Part shown: piece by piece, positions 30,057 to 40,579 of the stretch
Layout of the letters: every line of letters begins with the position of its first letter
Numbering within the stretch: position 1 is the first letter of the stretch
NCBI GenBank assembly: GCA_038523235.1
Contig: JBCBJQ010000006.1
Location: 11,387 to 75,386 of the forward strand
Reading direction: 5' to 3'
DNA length: 64,000 bases
From: Cyanobacteria bacterium J06626_4
GTDB lineage: Bacteria; Cyanobacteriota; Cyanobacteriia; Phormidesmidales; Phormidesmidaceae
The notes under the pieces: model-generated
Databases searched by the model: none
Told to the model about the DNA's origin: nothing
The model's input: the letters and a program-made list of their open reading frames with translations, nothing else
Made by a program: the position numbers and the translations under genes

Positions 30057-30635
30057 ATGACCCCGCATCATCCTCGTAATCCCGCCCGAGAGCAGTACAC
30101 CAGCTATTTCCCAAACGCGCAAACATCGGGGGCTTACCCCACTGACTTCGCACCGCCTTCGCGCCCGACTCGCGTCATGTCCCGCCCCCCGGTGGCTCGT
30201 TCGCAGCCATCAAGGGCGACAGCGCCCCGGCGATCGCGCGCCGCTCAGCCGCCGCGGCGATCGCGGCAGGCGTGGCTAGCGGGCGGGGGCATGTTAGCCC
30301 TCGCCGCCTTGGTGGTGGTGCCGAAGCCCAGCCTGCCGCAGGCTGAGCAATCGGCTAGTGCTAACGTCGTCTGTCAAGAAACGATCAAGTCTGAATCGGT
30401 ACTGTCGCGAGCGGAACTGTCAAAACTCCTCGCCATCGCTGAACGGGCTCCGAAGGCCGACATTCAGGCCGTCATTGATGAGCCCTACTGCACCCTGCCC
30501 CCGGTCAATGTCAGAGAAGGGGTGGTCTCTAATCGCGAGGCGTATCCGCTAGAGTTCAATCCCCAAACCTGGTTCATCGTCCTCTACGAAGACGGGGAAT
30601 ATGCCGGTTTCGACTTTAGCTTTGAGCGCGATTAG
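30057..30635 (+). CDS. hypothetical membrane-anchored protein
   Basis: 192-aa ORF. Pro/Arg-rich N-terminus, one TM segment (GGMLALAALVVV), and a C-terminal globular part. Confidence 0.6.
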   Translation: MTPHHPRNPAREQYTSYFPNAQTSGAYPTDFAPPSRPTRVMSRPPVARSQPSRATAPRRSRAAQPPRRSRQAWLAGGGMLALAALVVVPKPSLPQAEQSASANVVCQETIKSESVLSRAELSKLLAIAERAPKADIQAVIDEPYCTLPPVNVREGVVSNREAYPLEFNPQTWFIVLYEDGEYAGFDFSFERD

Positions 30636-30685
30636 CTCAACGGATTGAACAGAGTCAGTGAAATTTCGACAACTGCAGGTGATTT

Positions 30686-31153
30686 ATGCGATCGCGTCTA
30701 CCGTTTAACCTGAAGCCCTTCAAACTGGCGGGGCCACTACTGCTGTTGGGGTTGACTGCTTGCACCCTGACCCAGGCACAGGTACCCCCCCGCAATATTC
30801 CCATCCATCAAAATTGGGTGCTTCAGCCCGGCAGCAAAGTCGGCAACTTTTCAGTTGTGGGCAGCCTGGGCGATGTCTCCATCGATCTGGATGGCCATAA
30901 GATCAAAGCCCCCTTTGACGGTCAGGTGCAGCCCGCCGAGCATAACTGCATCGCCTTCACCAGTCCCGAAATTCCCGCCTATTTGTTTCGGCTGTGTGGC
31001 GTCACTCGCCCCCGCCTGGGCGACGTCAAAGCCGGTACAGTGATTGGCCGAGGGAATGTCTTGCAGTTCGCCGCCATGCGCCGTCAACCGGATGGCACTT
31101 GGGCAATGGTGGAACCCGCGATCGATGTGCTCGAAAAGACGTTTGCCAAGTAG
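30686..31153 (+). CDS. putative lipoprotein
   Basis: 155-aa ORF. Signal peptide with lipobox-like LGLTAC. Weak resemblance to a degenerate M23/lipoyl-like barrel (KAPFDGQV, GDVKAGTVIGRG) without catalytic His motifs. Confidence 0.6.
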   Translation: MRSRLPFNLKPFKLAGPLLLLGLTACTLTQAQVPPRNIPIHQNWVLQPGSKVGNFSVVGSLGDVSIDLDGHKIKAPFDGQVQPAEHNCIAFTSPEIPAYLFRLCGVTRPRLGDVKAGTVIGRGNVLQFAAMRRQPDGTWAMVEPAIDVLEKTFAK

Positions 31154-31257
31154 GGATTGGGCAGTGCCAAACCCCTACAAAAATTTCCTGTTTTAAAGAC
31201 GCTACTCAAGCACGGCTCCCCAATGCTGGTGCAGATCCCCTTGAGCGAATGGTGACG

Positions 31258-32070
31258 TTAGCCCCGCTGACGTTTCGATAGCTGGCTCACCGTGACGTAG
31301 GCCAAGATGATCATCGTGAAGGAAAACAGGGTCGTGAGCGTGCCGAGGGCATAGAGCGCGGGCGAGGTCACGTTTGTCGTCATGCCAAAAATTTCCAATG
31401 GCAGCGTGTTGTACTGGCCCGAGACCAGCGACGTGCGCGTGAACTCGTCGTAGGAGAGGGTAAATGTCAGCAGGCTGACCCCGATTAGACTCGGCAAAAT
31501 GAGCGGCAGCACAATTTCCCAAAAGGTTTTAGGGTCGTTGGCGCCCAGATCTTTCGCAGCCTCTTCATAGGTGGGGTTAAAGCGATTAAAGATGCCCAGC
31601 ATGATCAGAAAGGCGATTGGCAGCGCCCAAGTAAGGTGCGCCCCGAGCCCTGAGGTCAGCCAGCTAGTCGACCAGCCCAACAGCTGAAACATCACCCCCA
31701 AGCCGAGGGAGATCAGGATGCTCGGCACAATCAGGGCAGCGATGGAGAGGTAAAACAACACCGTTGACCCGCGAAACCGCTGCCGAAAGGCCATGGCGGC
31801 CAGGGTCGACATGCTGGCGACGAGGCCCGTGACGATCAGCCCCAGCACGATCGAGCGCTTAAACGGTTCCACAAAGTTGCCGACGCGCTGTTCTTGAAAG
31901 ACTTGCCCTAGCCAGTAAAAGCCAAAGCTGCGAATGGGAAACGTCAGCGTGCCGTCTGGCCCCTGCAGCGACAGGATAAAAATCGTGATCATCGGGCCGT
32001 AGAGAAACAGCACAAATAGGGCGAAGAAGGCCGCCAGCAGATAAAAAGAGAGCGATCGCGATTTCATCAT
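31258..32070 (-). CDS. ABC transporter permease (PotC-like)
   Basis: 270-aa ORF with six hydrophobic segments. EAA-type loop (YEEAAKDLGANDPKTFWEIVLP). Confidence 0.9.
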   Translation of the reverse strand: MMKSRSLSFYLLAAFFALFVLFLYGPMITIFILSLQGPDGTLTFPIRSFGFYWLGQVFQEQRVGNFVEPFKRSIVLGLIVTGLVASMSTLAAMAFRQRFRGSTVLFYLSIAALIVPSILISLGLGVMFQLLGWSTSWLTSGLGAHLTWALPIAFLIMLGIFNRFNPTYEEAAKDLGANDPKTFWEIVLPLILPSLIGVSLLTFTLSYDEFTRTSLVSGQYNTLPLEIFGMTTNVTSPALYALGTLTTLFSFTMIILAYVTVSQLSKRQRG

Positions 32071-32098
32071 CGTTTAGCCAGCCCAGCAGGGGAACAGA

Positions 32099-32956
32099 TC
32101 AAAGTTCTTTGCGAATGTTGATCACCCGCAAAATCGAGAACACCACCACCAGCGTCACCGTCAACAAAATAATGGCGTTGGCCGCCGCCAGCGGATACTG
32201 CAAGCTGCCAATTTGCGTTTGAATCAGCTTGCCAATCGAGGCCGCTTGGCCACCGCCCATCAGTCGCACGGTCACAAACTCGCCCATCACCAGCGTCACG
32301 ACAAAAATCGAGCCGATCGCGATGCCGGGGGCCGACAACGGCAGAATGATTTCTTTGAAGACGTCAAACCCGGAGGCACCCATGTCTTCAGCAGCGGTAA
32401 TCAGGGTGCGATCAATACGCATCAGACTGTTGAAAATTGGCGCAATCATAAAAATGATATAGAGATGCACCATCCCCAACACCACCGCAAAGTCTGAATA
32501 CAGCAAAAACTCTAGCGGCTGGTTGATCAGGCCAACACCCATGAGCAACTGATTAACCAGCCCCGCTTTGCCGAGCAGCGGCACCCAAGAGATCATCCGA
32601 ATAATGTTCGACGTCCAAAACGGAATGGTGCAGATCAGAAACAGCAGCACCTGCCACTTCAGCTTTCTGATGTGAAACGACAGAAAAAAGGCGACCGGAT
32701 AGGCGATCAGCAGTGTCGCCAGCCAGACCATGCCGACAAACTTAAAGGTGTTGAGATAAGTTCTGAGGGTGACCTGAGAGGTAAAGATGCCGATGTAATT
32801 GTCCAGCGTAAAGGCTGGCGTCATGGAATAGCCGTTGAACTCCCAAAAGCTCACGACCCCAATCAGCACAATCGGGAAGACCAAAAAAACGGCCAGGGCG
32901 ATCGCCTGAGGGGCGGCCAGCAGGTAGGGCTTGAAGGCTGTCCAGGTTTTAGACAT
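32099..32956 (-). CDS. ABC transporter permease (PotB-like)
   Basis: 285-aa ORF. EAA-type loop (ITAAEDMGASGFDVFKEIILP). Confidence 0.9.
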   Translation of the reverse strand: MSKTWTAFKPYLLAAPQAIALAVFLVFPIVLIGVVSFWEFNGYSMTPAFTLDNYIGIFTSQVTLRTYLNTFKFVGMVWLATLLIAYPVAFFLSFHIRKLKWQVLLFLICTIPFWTSNIIRMISWVPLLGKAGLVNQLLMGVGLINQPLEFLLYSDFAVVLGMVHLYIIFMIAPIFNSLMRIDRTLITAAEDMGASGFDVFKEIILPLSAPGIAIGSIFVVTLVMGEFVTVRLMGGGQAASIGKLIQTQIGSLQYPLAAANAIILLTVTLVVVFSILRVINIRKEL

Positions 32957-33130
32957 ATGAAAGCCAAATTTCCCACAGGGGAAGTCAATGAATTTTGTAC
33001 CAGGAGGAATCGTAGGTGGGATCTGACACTGTCAAATTCCCGAGAGTAGAACTACTTTGGGGCATTGCCCACCAACGATTCCGGCCATTCCTAAAACACC
33101 GAGTTTTAGGCAATTAGAACGGCGGCAGTG

Positions 33131-34438
33131 CTAGGAGGCAATGAACTCATTCCACTTTTGAACGAGGTAAGTGTTCTCTGCCATCGTGGAATTCCAGCAA
33201 ACAATGTTGCCAAAGCGCTCCTTAAAGGCCCCGCCATCGCGAACGTTTCCTGACTTGGCCAGCGTCTTACCAAACGGATCCACCATGTCTTCAGAGGCTG
33301 GTTGGCCCTCATACCAGTAGGCCCATTCTGCCTCTGACATGTACTGCTTAGAATTCTCCGGGGCCGCACTGTAATAGCCCTGACGACCCAAAAAGGCCCC
33401 CACCCAGCCCTCTAGCATCCAGTTCAGATACTCATAGGCGGCATCTAGCTGAATGCCTTCCAGATTCTTCGACAGGCCGACGCCGCCACCCCAGCCGCGA
33501 TAGCCCTCTTTGAGCGGCGCGTAAACGCAGTCAATGCCTTGCGATTGCACAGCCGCCACCGCTGGTGACCACATGGACTGTAAGATGACCTCTCCTGAAG
33601 CCATCAGGTTGACCGACTCATCAAAAGTCTTCCAAAAGGCGCGGAACTGACCGGCGGCCTTTTGCTCTTTGAGGATGCCGATAATCTGATCGATTTCGGC
33701 CTTGGTCATGTTGCCTTTGTCGGCAAACGTCATCAGCCCCAACGACTCGGCCACCAGGGCAGCATCCATGATGCCAATTTGGGGAATGTCGAGAATCGAC
33801 GTCTTGCCCCGAAACTCTTCGTTGAACAGCTCACCCCAGGTTTCGATCGGGCGGGTGATGAGGTCGGGGCGATAGCCCAGCGTATCGGCGTTGTACTGGA
33901 AGGGAATCAGCGTGGCAAAGTCGGTGGGGGTATCCGAAAACTCGGTAGAATCTGGCCCGGTCAGGTACATCACCTTGTAGGGCGCAGTCCCCTGAGAAGC
34001 CTCAACGGGCATGCCCTCGTACTCGCCACTGGTGAAAAAGGAGACGATTTTGTCCCAGTCACTGACCTTAGAAATCTCAATCGGTCGCAGATTGCCCGAC
34101 GGCACCACCAGCGGCAAGCTGAAATACTCGCCATCGAAAATGTCGTACTGATCGGGCTGAGTAATGGCGATTTGGTTGTTTTCTTCGGTGCTCAGGGCGC
34201 GCATGTCGAGACTGAAACCCAGATCTTCTTGGGCCTTATCGCGAATCTCGTTGATCTGAGAGACGCCGGTACCGATCAGGCGGAGGGTGACATCTTTAAT
34301 CTGGTTGGTATTGACCTCGGGTCCGGTCGCTGGATTGTTTGGCGTCCCTTCGGGAGCACTGCCGCAGCGGGCAGCCGCCACAGCCGCCCCCGCTGCCAGC
34401 CCAGTTCGAAGCACGTAACGACGAGAAACATTAGCCAT
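33131..34438 (-). CDS. periplasmic solute-binding protein (PotD/polyamine-type family) with twin-arginine signal
   Basis: ATG 34438 preceded by AAGGAG. N-terminal SRRYVLRTGLAAGAAVAAARC (Tat-like RR motif plus a possible lipobox Cys). Family 1 SBP-like body. Confidence 0.88.
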   Translation of the reverse strand: MANVSRRYVLRTGLAAGAAVAAARCGSAPEGTPNNPATGPEVNTNQIKDVTLRLIGTGVSQINEIRDKAQEDLGFSLDMRALSTEENNQIAITQPDQYDIFDGEYFSLPLVVPSGNLRPIEISKVSDWDKIVSFFTSGEYEGMPVEASQGTAPYKVMYLTGPDSTEFSDTPTDFATLIPFQYNADTLGYRPDLITRPIETWGELFNEEFRGKTSILDIPQIGIMDAALVAESLGLMTFADKGNMTKAEIDQIIGILKEQKAAGQFRAFWKTFDESVNLMASGEVILQSMWSPAVAAVQSQGIDCVYAPLKEGYRGWGGGVGLSKNLEGIQLDAAYEYLNWMLEGWVGAFLGRQGYYSAAPENSKQYMSEAEWAYWYEGQPASEDMVDPFGKTLAKSGNVRDGGAFKERFGNIVCWNSTMAENTYLVQKWNEFIAS

Positions 34439-34518
34439 GAGAACTCTCCTTGCAGAATTGAGACGATTTAAGGGCAGATTAAGACGATTCGTCAACAGTC
34501 CGAACAATCACAGTCCGA

Positions 34519-35703
34519 TCAATCTGCCAGAAACACGCAGTCGTGCGCCGACCAGCGCAGGGTAACCGCCTGACCTTCGCTGATACCGGCGTCCGCCCAG
34601 TCAGCCGTGCGCACTTTGTACAGCAGCTCTTGGCCAGTGGCTTCGGTCAGTAGCCCCACGCGGGTGACGTAACCGGTCAGCTCGACATCAACGACTCGGG
34701 CCGTGAGGTGATTCGCCTGGGGCGAAGGCGCGCCGTCCGCCGTTGACACGATGGTGAGCAGATCAGGGCGCACTGAGCAGGCAGCCGTTTGCCCCACCGC
34801 TGTGGCCTGCCCCTGACTAAAGATCGATCCAAGGCCTGCCACCGCCAACTCGATCATGTCGAGGCCATCGCTATCGGGGACGGCGTTCAGCACGGTGCCT
34901 TCAAAAATGTTGTTGTCGCCAATAAATTTCGCCACAAATTTTGAAGCAGGTTTCGCAAATAGGTCACTGGGGGTGGCGACCTGGTCGATATGTCCGTGAT
35001 CCATCACGACAATTTGATCGGAAAGGGAGAAGGCTTCTTCCACGTGGTGGGTGACCTGAATAAAGGTGAGGCCAAACTGCTTTTGAATATTGCGAAGTTC
35101 GCTGCGCATCCGCACTCGCAGGTTTTCATCGAGGGCGCTGAGGGGCTCATCCAACATCAATACTTGGGGGCGCGTGACCAAGGCGCGAGCGAGGGCAATG
35201 CGCTGCTGCTGCCCGCCGCTAAGCTGATCTGGCTTGCGATCGCTCGTCTGGCTTAATCCCACCAGTTCCAAAATCTCACCGACGCGTTGGCGACGTTCGG
35301 CGGCGGGCACCTGCCGCATCCGCAACCCAAACTCAACGTTTTGCCATACCGTTTTGTGGGGAAACAGGGCGTAGTTTTGAAACATCATCGCCGTGTTGCG
35401 CTTGGCGGGTGGCAGGGCATTAACGCGGCGATCGCCAATATAGATATCGCCACTCGTGATCGACTCGTGACCGGCAATCATCCGTAACGTGGTGGTTTTG
35501 CCACAGCCGCTCGGCCCTAACAAACAACAATAAGAACCCGCCGGAATGTCTAGCAGGAGGTTTTCGACTGCGGTGAAGCTGCCATATTTTTTGGTCACCG
35601 AGCGCAACGAGACGCCTGCGGCCCCCTGGGCCAGCACTTGCTTAATATTCTTTTCAGACTCTGCAGCAGCAGGCTGAATCATATCTCGAGCATCTAATAC
35701 CAT
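34519..35703 (-). CDS. ABC transporter ATP-binding protein (PotA-like)
   Basis: Walker A GPSGCGKTT, signature LSGGQQQRIALARAL, Walker B VLMLDEPLS, and a C-terminal TOBE-like regulatory domain. Confidence 0.93.
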   Translation of the reverse strand: MVLDARDMIQPAAAESEKNIKQVLAQGAAGVSLRSVTKKYGSFTAVENLLLDIPAGSYCCLLGPSGCGKTTTLRMIAGHESITSGDIYIGDRRVNALPPAKRNTAMMFQNYALFPHKTVWQNVEFGLRMRQVPAAERRQRVGEILELVGLSQTSDRKPDQLSGGQQQRIALARALVTRPQVLMLDEPLSALDENLRVRMRSELRNIQKQFGLTFIQVTHHVEEAFSLSDQIVVMDHGHIDQVATPSDLFAKPASKFVAKFIGDNNIFEGTVLNAVPDSDGLDMIELAVAGLGSIFSQGQATAVGQTAACSVRPDLLTIVSTADGAPSPQANHLTARVVDVELTGYVTRVGLLTEATGQELLYKVRTADWADAGISEGQAVTLRWSAHDCVFLAD

Positions 35704-36046
35704 TACGCTTCACAGGTAATCGTTGCCAACTTATCAGAGCAGCCCGATAGAGCGCCTAGAGGCCATGCTCAAGGGCTCACCAGGAGCCAATTCACCCTTA
35801 TTTTCCAGCTCGCCCAGCAAGCGAGTACCGTATCGACGCCTCGGACATGAGCGGTAGGTAACGGAGGCCGCATTAAGGTCTGGCCCAAACCTGGACAACT
35901 TTGGAACATGTTTACTGTATGCATCTCGATCAGCGGCAAAGGTGTCGAACTATACCTTTTGGCGGAATGATTGCCGTCTGATTTTCGCTGCCCGGGTCAA
36001 AACCCGTTTTCGCGATGGGTTCTGCCCCTGCCCCTGGCGATCGCCC

Positions 36047-36077
36047 ACAAAAAATCCCCCCAATAAATTGGAGGGAT
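36047..36077 (-). terminator. rho-independent terminator downstream of gltA
   Basis: On the minus strand: ATCCCTCCAAT-TTA-TTGGGGGGAT hairpin (one mismatch), followed by TTTTTTGTGGG. Confidence 0.6.
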
Positions 36078-36148
36078 AGAGTTCCTGAAAATCGTCACTG
36101 CCTTAATATCGGTGCTAAATCGCACAGTGACAAGAGGGGTACAACCCA

Positions 36149-37327
36149 TCACTGGTCATGTCCGTTGGCCAGCGATCGATCCCAAATTTGGGGGCGCTCA
36201 GCCAAGGGCACATACTTTTGGCCATGGGAGCCGGTATAGATCTGGGTGGGTCGAAAGATCCGGTTTTCTTTGATCTGCTCTTTCCAATGCGCCAGCCAAC
36301 CAGCGACGCGGGCGATCGCAAATACCGGCGTAAAGAGATCGGTAGGAATACCCAACCGCCGATACACCAGTCCCGAATAAAAATCGACGTTGGGATAAAC
36401 GCCTTTGTCGCCTAAACGCTCTGTGACGACCTGCTCAAGTTCTAGAGCAATGTCGTAATATTCATCGCCGCCAAATTTTTCAAACAGCTGTTCGGCTAAC
36501 TTTTGCAAAATCTTAGCGCGCGGGTCTTTCACCTTATAGACGCGGTGGCCAAAGCCCATGATCTTTTTCTTGTGGGTGACACAATCGTCCACAAAAGGGC
36601 GCACATTGTCGACGCTGCCAATCGCCTCCAGCATGGCAATCACCTCTTCGTTCGCGCCACCATGCAGCGGCCCCGCCAGCGTGCCCACGGCCGAGGCGAT
36701 GACCGCATAGGGGTCCGTCAGCGTCGATGCCGTCACCATCGCGGAGAAGGTGGAAGCATTGATGGTGTGTTCGGCATGCAGGGTCAAACAGATGTCAAAA
36801 ATGCGCGCGGCCAGTGGGTCGGGCTCTTGCTCATTGAGCATGTACAAAAAATTGGCGGCATAGTCCAAGTCATCGCGCGGGCGCACGGGGTCGTTGCCCT
36901 TCCGCATCAGTTGAAAGGCCGCGACCATGGTGGGAATTTTGGCCAGCAGTCGCACCACAGCCTTTTGAATATAGAGGGGGTCGTTTAACGCCCGTTTTGA
37001 GTAGAACAGCCCCAAGGCCGCTGCACAGGCCTGCAGGGCATCCATCGGGTGGCCGCCCTCCGGGAAGCACTTCATCATGTCACGGATGCGATATTTCAAC
37101 CGTCGATGGTTGCGAATCTCGTGTTCAAAGTCTTCCAGGGCTTGTTTTGTCGGTAGCCCGCCCCAAATCAGCAAATAAGCCGATTCTAAGAACGTACTTT
37201 GGTGGGCCAACGCTTCGACTCGAATGCCGCGATACTCTAAGATCCCCTGTTTGCCATCGACGTGGCTGATCGCCGATTGGGTTGCCGGAATTCCCTCCAG
37301 ACCGGGCTTGTAGTCACAAACTGTCAT
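36149..37327 (-). CDS. gltA: citrate synthase
   Basis: ORF trimmed to ATG 37327 (MTVCDYKPGLEGIPAT). Catalytic region GPLHGGANEEV and MGFGHRVYK motifs. Confidence 0.95.
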   Translation of the reverse strand: MTVCDYKPGLEGIPATQSAISHVDGKQGILEYRGIRVEALAHQSTFLESAYLLIWGGLPTKQALEDFEHEIRNHRRLKYRIRDMMKCFPEGGHPMDALQACAAALGLFYSKRALNDPLYIQKAVVRLLAKIPTMVAAFQLMRKGNDPVRPRDDLDYAANFLYMLNEQEPDPLAARIFDICLTLHAEHTINASTFSAMVTASTLTDPYAVIASAVGTLAGPLHGGANEEVIAMLEAIGSVDNVRPFVDDCVTHKKKIMGFGHRVYKVKDPRAKILQKLAEQLFEKFGGDEYYDIALELEQVVTERLGDKGVYPNVDFYSGLVYRRLGIPTDLFTPVFAIARVAGWLAHWKEQIKENRIFRPTQIYTGSHGQKYVPLAERPQIWDRSLANGHDQ

Positions 37328-37667
37328 CTTTGGATCGCTCCCATATAGTTGATATGCGCCACTATTTGCCTGCCTCGCGATCGGTCTCTGCGGCAAAGCC
37401 CCCAGTCGGATGCCATTTGACTGGTATGAACCTTAGAACACTGAGTGGCCGATACTGCGTAGTCGCTTCAGGGTCGCTTTCGGTTGGATTGGCTTAAGAC
37501 CTTTCAATACCAGACTTTGGCTTGGTCATTCTGTACTGCAGGACGCTGCTACAGGAAGGAGCTTGTGGTCTAGCCGCCAAGGAGCATGGGCTCGCCGCAT
37601 TTCCCCTGACAACAGCAATCGTTGGATTGCAGCCTACCACTTAGGCAGCGATTGCATCTACTCATCC

Positions 37668-38192
37668 TCACAACAACAACCGCGGGGAAGTGAGCCAAAA
37701 CAGCTCGCTGTTGCCGATCGCCGTCGCCGCAGCGGGCACGTGCAGGCCAATCACACCCGCTTTTTTGAGCCGCCAGCGATCGCTAACTTGCCCCGTAACT
37801 AACTGCTGTGCCCAATGGCTCAAGTCGGGTTCGTGCCCCACCAGAGCCAACCGCCCTGAAGACTGCGCCTGCCACTGGGCGAGCACTGGTAGCCAGTCTG
37901 CCAACTTGCCACCGGGGGCGAGGGCGGCGCTGAGTTCGACGGTGGAAGCCATCCCCACGTCTAAAAGAATCTCAGCCGTTTGCTGGGCTCGCACTAAAGG
38001 ACTCGTCAGAATTTTGTCAACTTGGCAGCCGACCGCCAGCAACCGCAGCGCCACGGCTCGGGTCCGCGCGCTCCCGGCATCAGTCAAAGGTCGTTCGTCA
38101 TCCACGCGATAGGTACCACGCTCAGCCGCAATGCCGTGACGGATCAGGTACAGCTCAGTCAGCGGCAATTTAGTCGGTGGAAATAAGGCCAT
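37668..38192 (-). CDS. sixA: phosphohistidine phosphatase SixA
   Basis: 174-aa ORF. N-terminal LYLIRHGIA (RHG catalytic motif) and a short HP-phosphatase layout. Overlaps the upstream gene by 23 nt. Confidence 0.85.
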   Translation of the reverse strand: MALFPPTKLPLTELYLIRHGIAAERGTYRVDDERPLTDAGSARTRAVALRLLAVGCQVDKILTSPLVRAQQTAEILLDVGMASTVELSAALAPGGKLADWLPVLAQWQAQSSGRLALVGHEPDLSHWAQQLVTGQVSDRWRLKKAGVIGLHVPAAATAIGNSELFWLTSPRLLL

Positions 38193-39462
38193 CTTCGGGG
38201 TTCACCAGTCGCCACAGCTTCTGTTTGACCTGGGTATCAAAGACTTCCCACTTTAAGCGGTTGTAGTCGCCATTTTCATAGAAGCCAGAGAGGAAGCCGA
38301 TGGGAATCTCAAACCCGCCTGCGGTGGTGCGACCGCCGCCAAAGAAGCGTCCTTCAGGATCTTGACCAAAGGCTTCTTTAATAAATTCGTCGGGGTCGAG
38401 GGTGATTTTACTGGTGCGTAGCGAGCCGATCACCACCTCTAACTCTTCGTCTTCATCGTGAACGATGCCGTAAACCACAGCGGTGTGCACGTTTTCTTCG
38501 GTGACTAAGAAGTCAGCCGCTTGGGGAATGGCGTCGCGATCGTCGTAGCGCAGATAGCCCACCCCCGCTATCGACACGTTGTTTTGGACTTTGCGGTTAC
38601 GCAGCGATCGCTCGATCACGTCCATCACTCGTTTCGACCGCGAGGCCCGTAAAATCGCGGCCAGCAACTGCGGGTCATAGTAGTTGCTCAGGTACGCTGC
38701 CGCACCAAAGTCGGCCTCGCCCGCATGCATCAGGTTACTGGTGTCAGAGCGGATGCCATGCATCAGCGCCGTGGCACATTTGACGTGGGTGCTGTTGCTT
38801 TTATCCAGCACAAGCAGCTGCTCACTCTGCAAATACTGGGTCATGATCGTGGCCGTCGCGCGAATCTGGGGGCGCAGGTCCACCAGATTGGCTTCGATTT
38901 CTTTTTGCGGCGCGTGGTGATCGACCACCAAAAACAGCGGGAGCTGAGAGGCTTCTACCGTACGAATCAGCTGGCAGGTCGTACCCTGAGTATCAAGCAG
39001 GACATAGGCCTGATATTTGTTGAGGTCTGGCCCGGTTTTGGTTTGCGGATTCCAGCGTCGTACCGGCAGTCCTGACAGGCGCACCAGAGTGATATTTTCC
39101 TGATGGCTGAGGGTGCCGCCGTAGTAAATGTCGCAGTCAATATTGTAGTTTTTGCAAATCAGCTGATAGGCCCAAGCCGACGACAGCGCATCCGGGTCAG
39201 GAAAGTCTTGAATCAAGACTAGGTGGCGATCGCCCGACCGCTCTAGCAGCAGCTTTTCTAACGCTGAAACGACGCTGGCATGGTCTGGCTGATACGTTCC
39301 CGCGATCGCTGATTTGCCCATCAAGGAGGGAATCGCTTTGGCGGCTCCATGTTTTGAGGTGGGCAGCGTTTCTAAAGCAGCATTGGGCGAAGCGGTAGGA
39401 TCAGGCACAAGCAATTCAATAGCGTCTATTACTAAGATAGCTCTCCCTATAACCCCTGACAC
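38170..39462 (-). CDS. DHH-family phosphoesterase
   Basis: 430-aa ORF. DFPDPDALSSA (DHH motif I/II region), VVDHH motif, and a C-terminal GGGRTTAGG DHHA1-like motif. Start uncertain (GTG 39462 or ATG 39321). Confidence 0.8.
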   Translation of the reverse strand: MSGVIGRAILVIDAIELLVPDPTASPNAALETLPTSKHGAAKAIPSLMGKSAIAGTYQPDHASVVSALEKLLLERSGDRHLVLIQDFPDPDALSSAWAYQLICKNYNIDCDIYYGGTLSHQENITLVRLSGLPVRRWNPQTKTGPDLNKYQAYVLLDTQGTTCQLIRTVEASQLPLFLVVDHHAPQKEIEANLVDLRPQIRATATIMTQYLQSEQLLVLDKSNSTHVKCATALMHGIRSDTSNLMHAGEADFGAAAYLSNYYDPQLLAAILRASRSKRVMDVIERSLRNRKVQNNVSIAGVGYLRYDDRDAIPQAADFLVTEENVHTAVVYGIVHDEDEELEVVIGSLRTSKITLDPDEFIKEAFGQDPEGRFFGGGRTTAGGFEIPIGFLSGFYENGDYNRLKWEVFDTQVKQKLWRLVNPEDGLISTD

Positions 39463-40172
39463 CTCTGTCTAGGGGCGCAGAAACCGCCCGCTCTAGAGAT
39501 AGGAGGCACGCCTCGCCGAGCACTGCCAAGTAGGCAGACACAATCTCTTGCCGACGAGTTTTCTCCTGGCGGAGACGCTTCGCGTTGGTCTTGCCTGCCC
39601 ATAGAACTTACGACTCCGCTCAACCCTCAACTTCCTACCTGGCCCGCCATCTCGCTGATTTCGACTCCGCTCCATCAGCGACTGGTTTAACATTTGATTC
39701 GGCCCGGCTTTGCCATTTGCAGGCCGACACCGCCGGGTTTAGAGATTGAGCCTGGCCCTGCAGTTGGTGGGCGATGAGATCGCGCCAACGCTGTAACCAG
39801 GGCAGGCTTACCCAGTCAAACTCTATCGGCTGATAGATGACAATCGCTGACCAGCCGATATCCTGTTACATAGATGGGCAGCTCCAACAACAGAATACGG
39901 CTAACCGATCAACTTTTTGTCGTTGAATGCTGTTTCTTGTGTTATGTTGTGCAACTGGAAGCGAAATAAGCAGCATTTCAATAGTTTCAGAAGCTGTTTA
40001 GAGAATTTTTGCCATCGTCGCGAACGGGCATGACCCAAGGTTTTAAGCACAGCTATGCAGGTGCTGATGACCTGTTTGAGCCTTGAGTGGCGAAAAAATT
40101 CTCTCTGGTCACTTCGTTTGATCACCGCTTCGCTGTTTTTGTAATTTCTAAAGGTTTTTTAAAAACTTGAAT

Positions 40173-40406
40173 ATGAGCGAAACGACTATGAGCCAACAGG
40201 TTGCTCACCCGATGGCGAAGTTTCAACGGCAGGTACAATCACTCGTCAAACGCAATGTCGTCAAGCCGAGCGATAGCATTTGGAAGATTGCGTTTTTGTT
40301 TGGCGATGAATGGTCTCACTGGCGCAAAGAGCTGGAAGATTTTGAATTTTCCACCAAAGATCCGATCAGCGATCTGCTCGCAGTCGACTGTTGGGAAGAA
40401 GATTAG
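40173..40406 (+). CDS. small hypothetical protein (77 aa)
   Basis: ATG ORF at the edge of a low-GC, ORF-poor region. No motif. Coding status uncertain. Confidence 0.35.
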   Translation: MSETTMSQQVAHPMAKFQRQVQSLVKRNVVKPSDSIWKIAFLFGDEWSHWRKELEDFEFSTKDPISDLLAVDCWEED

Positions 40407-40579
40407 ATCCAGCGCCGGGCTTCTCCTTGGTGGATACCCAGAGAAGCCCCTAATTTACTGGGAGACGCATCGAGATGGCGCTCCCGATGCTGAGCCGGAC
40501 TCGACGACCATAAAGAGGGTAGAGGGCGTCAAATTTGGAACCGGCTACCGGCTCCTAGCGAGATCGCCGAAGCCTGCGG

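Noticed and set aside
36015-36321. ORFs 36015-36239 (+) and 36115-36321 (-) at the 3' end of gltA.
   Set aside because: They overlap the gltA coding end and its terminator. Their translations are compositionally implausible.
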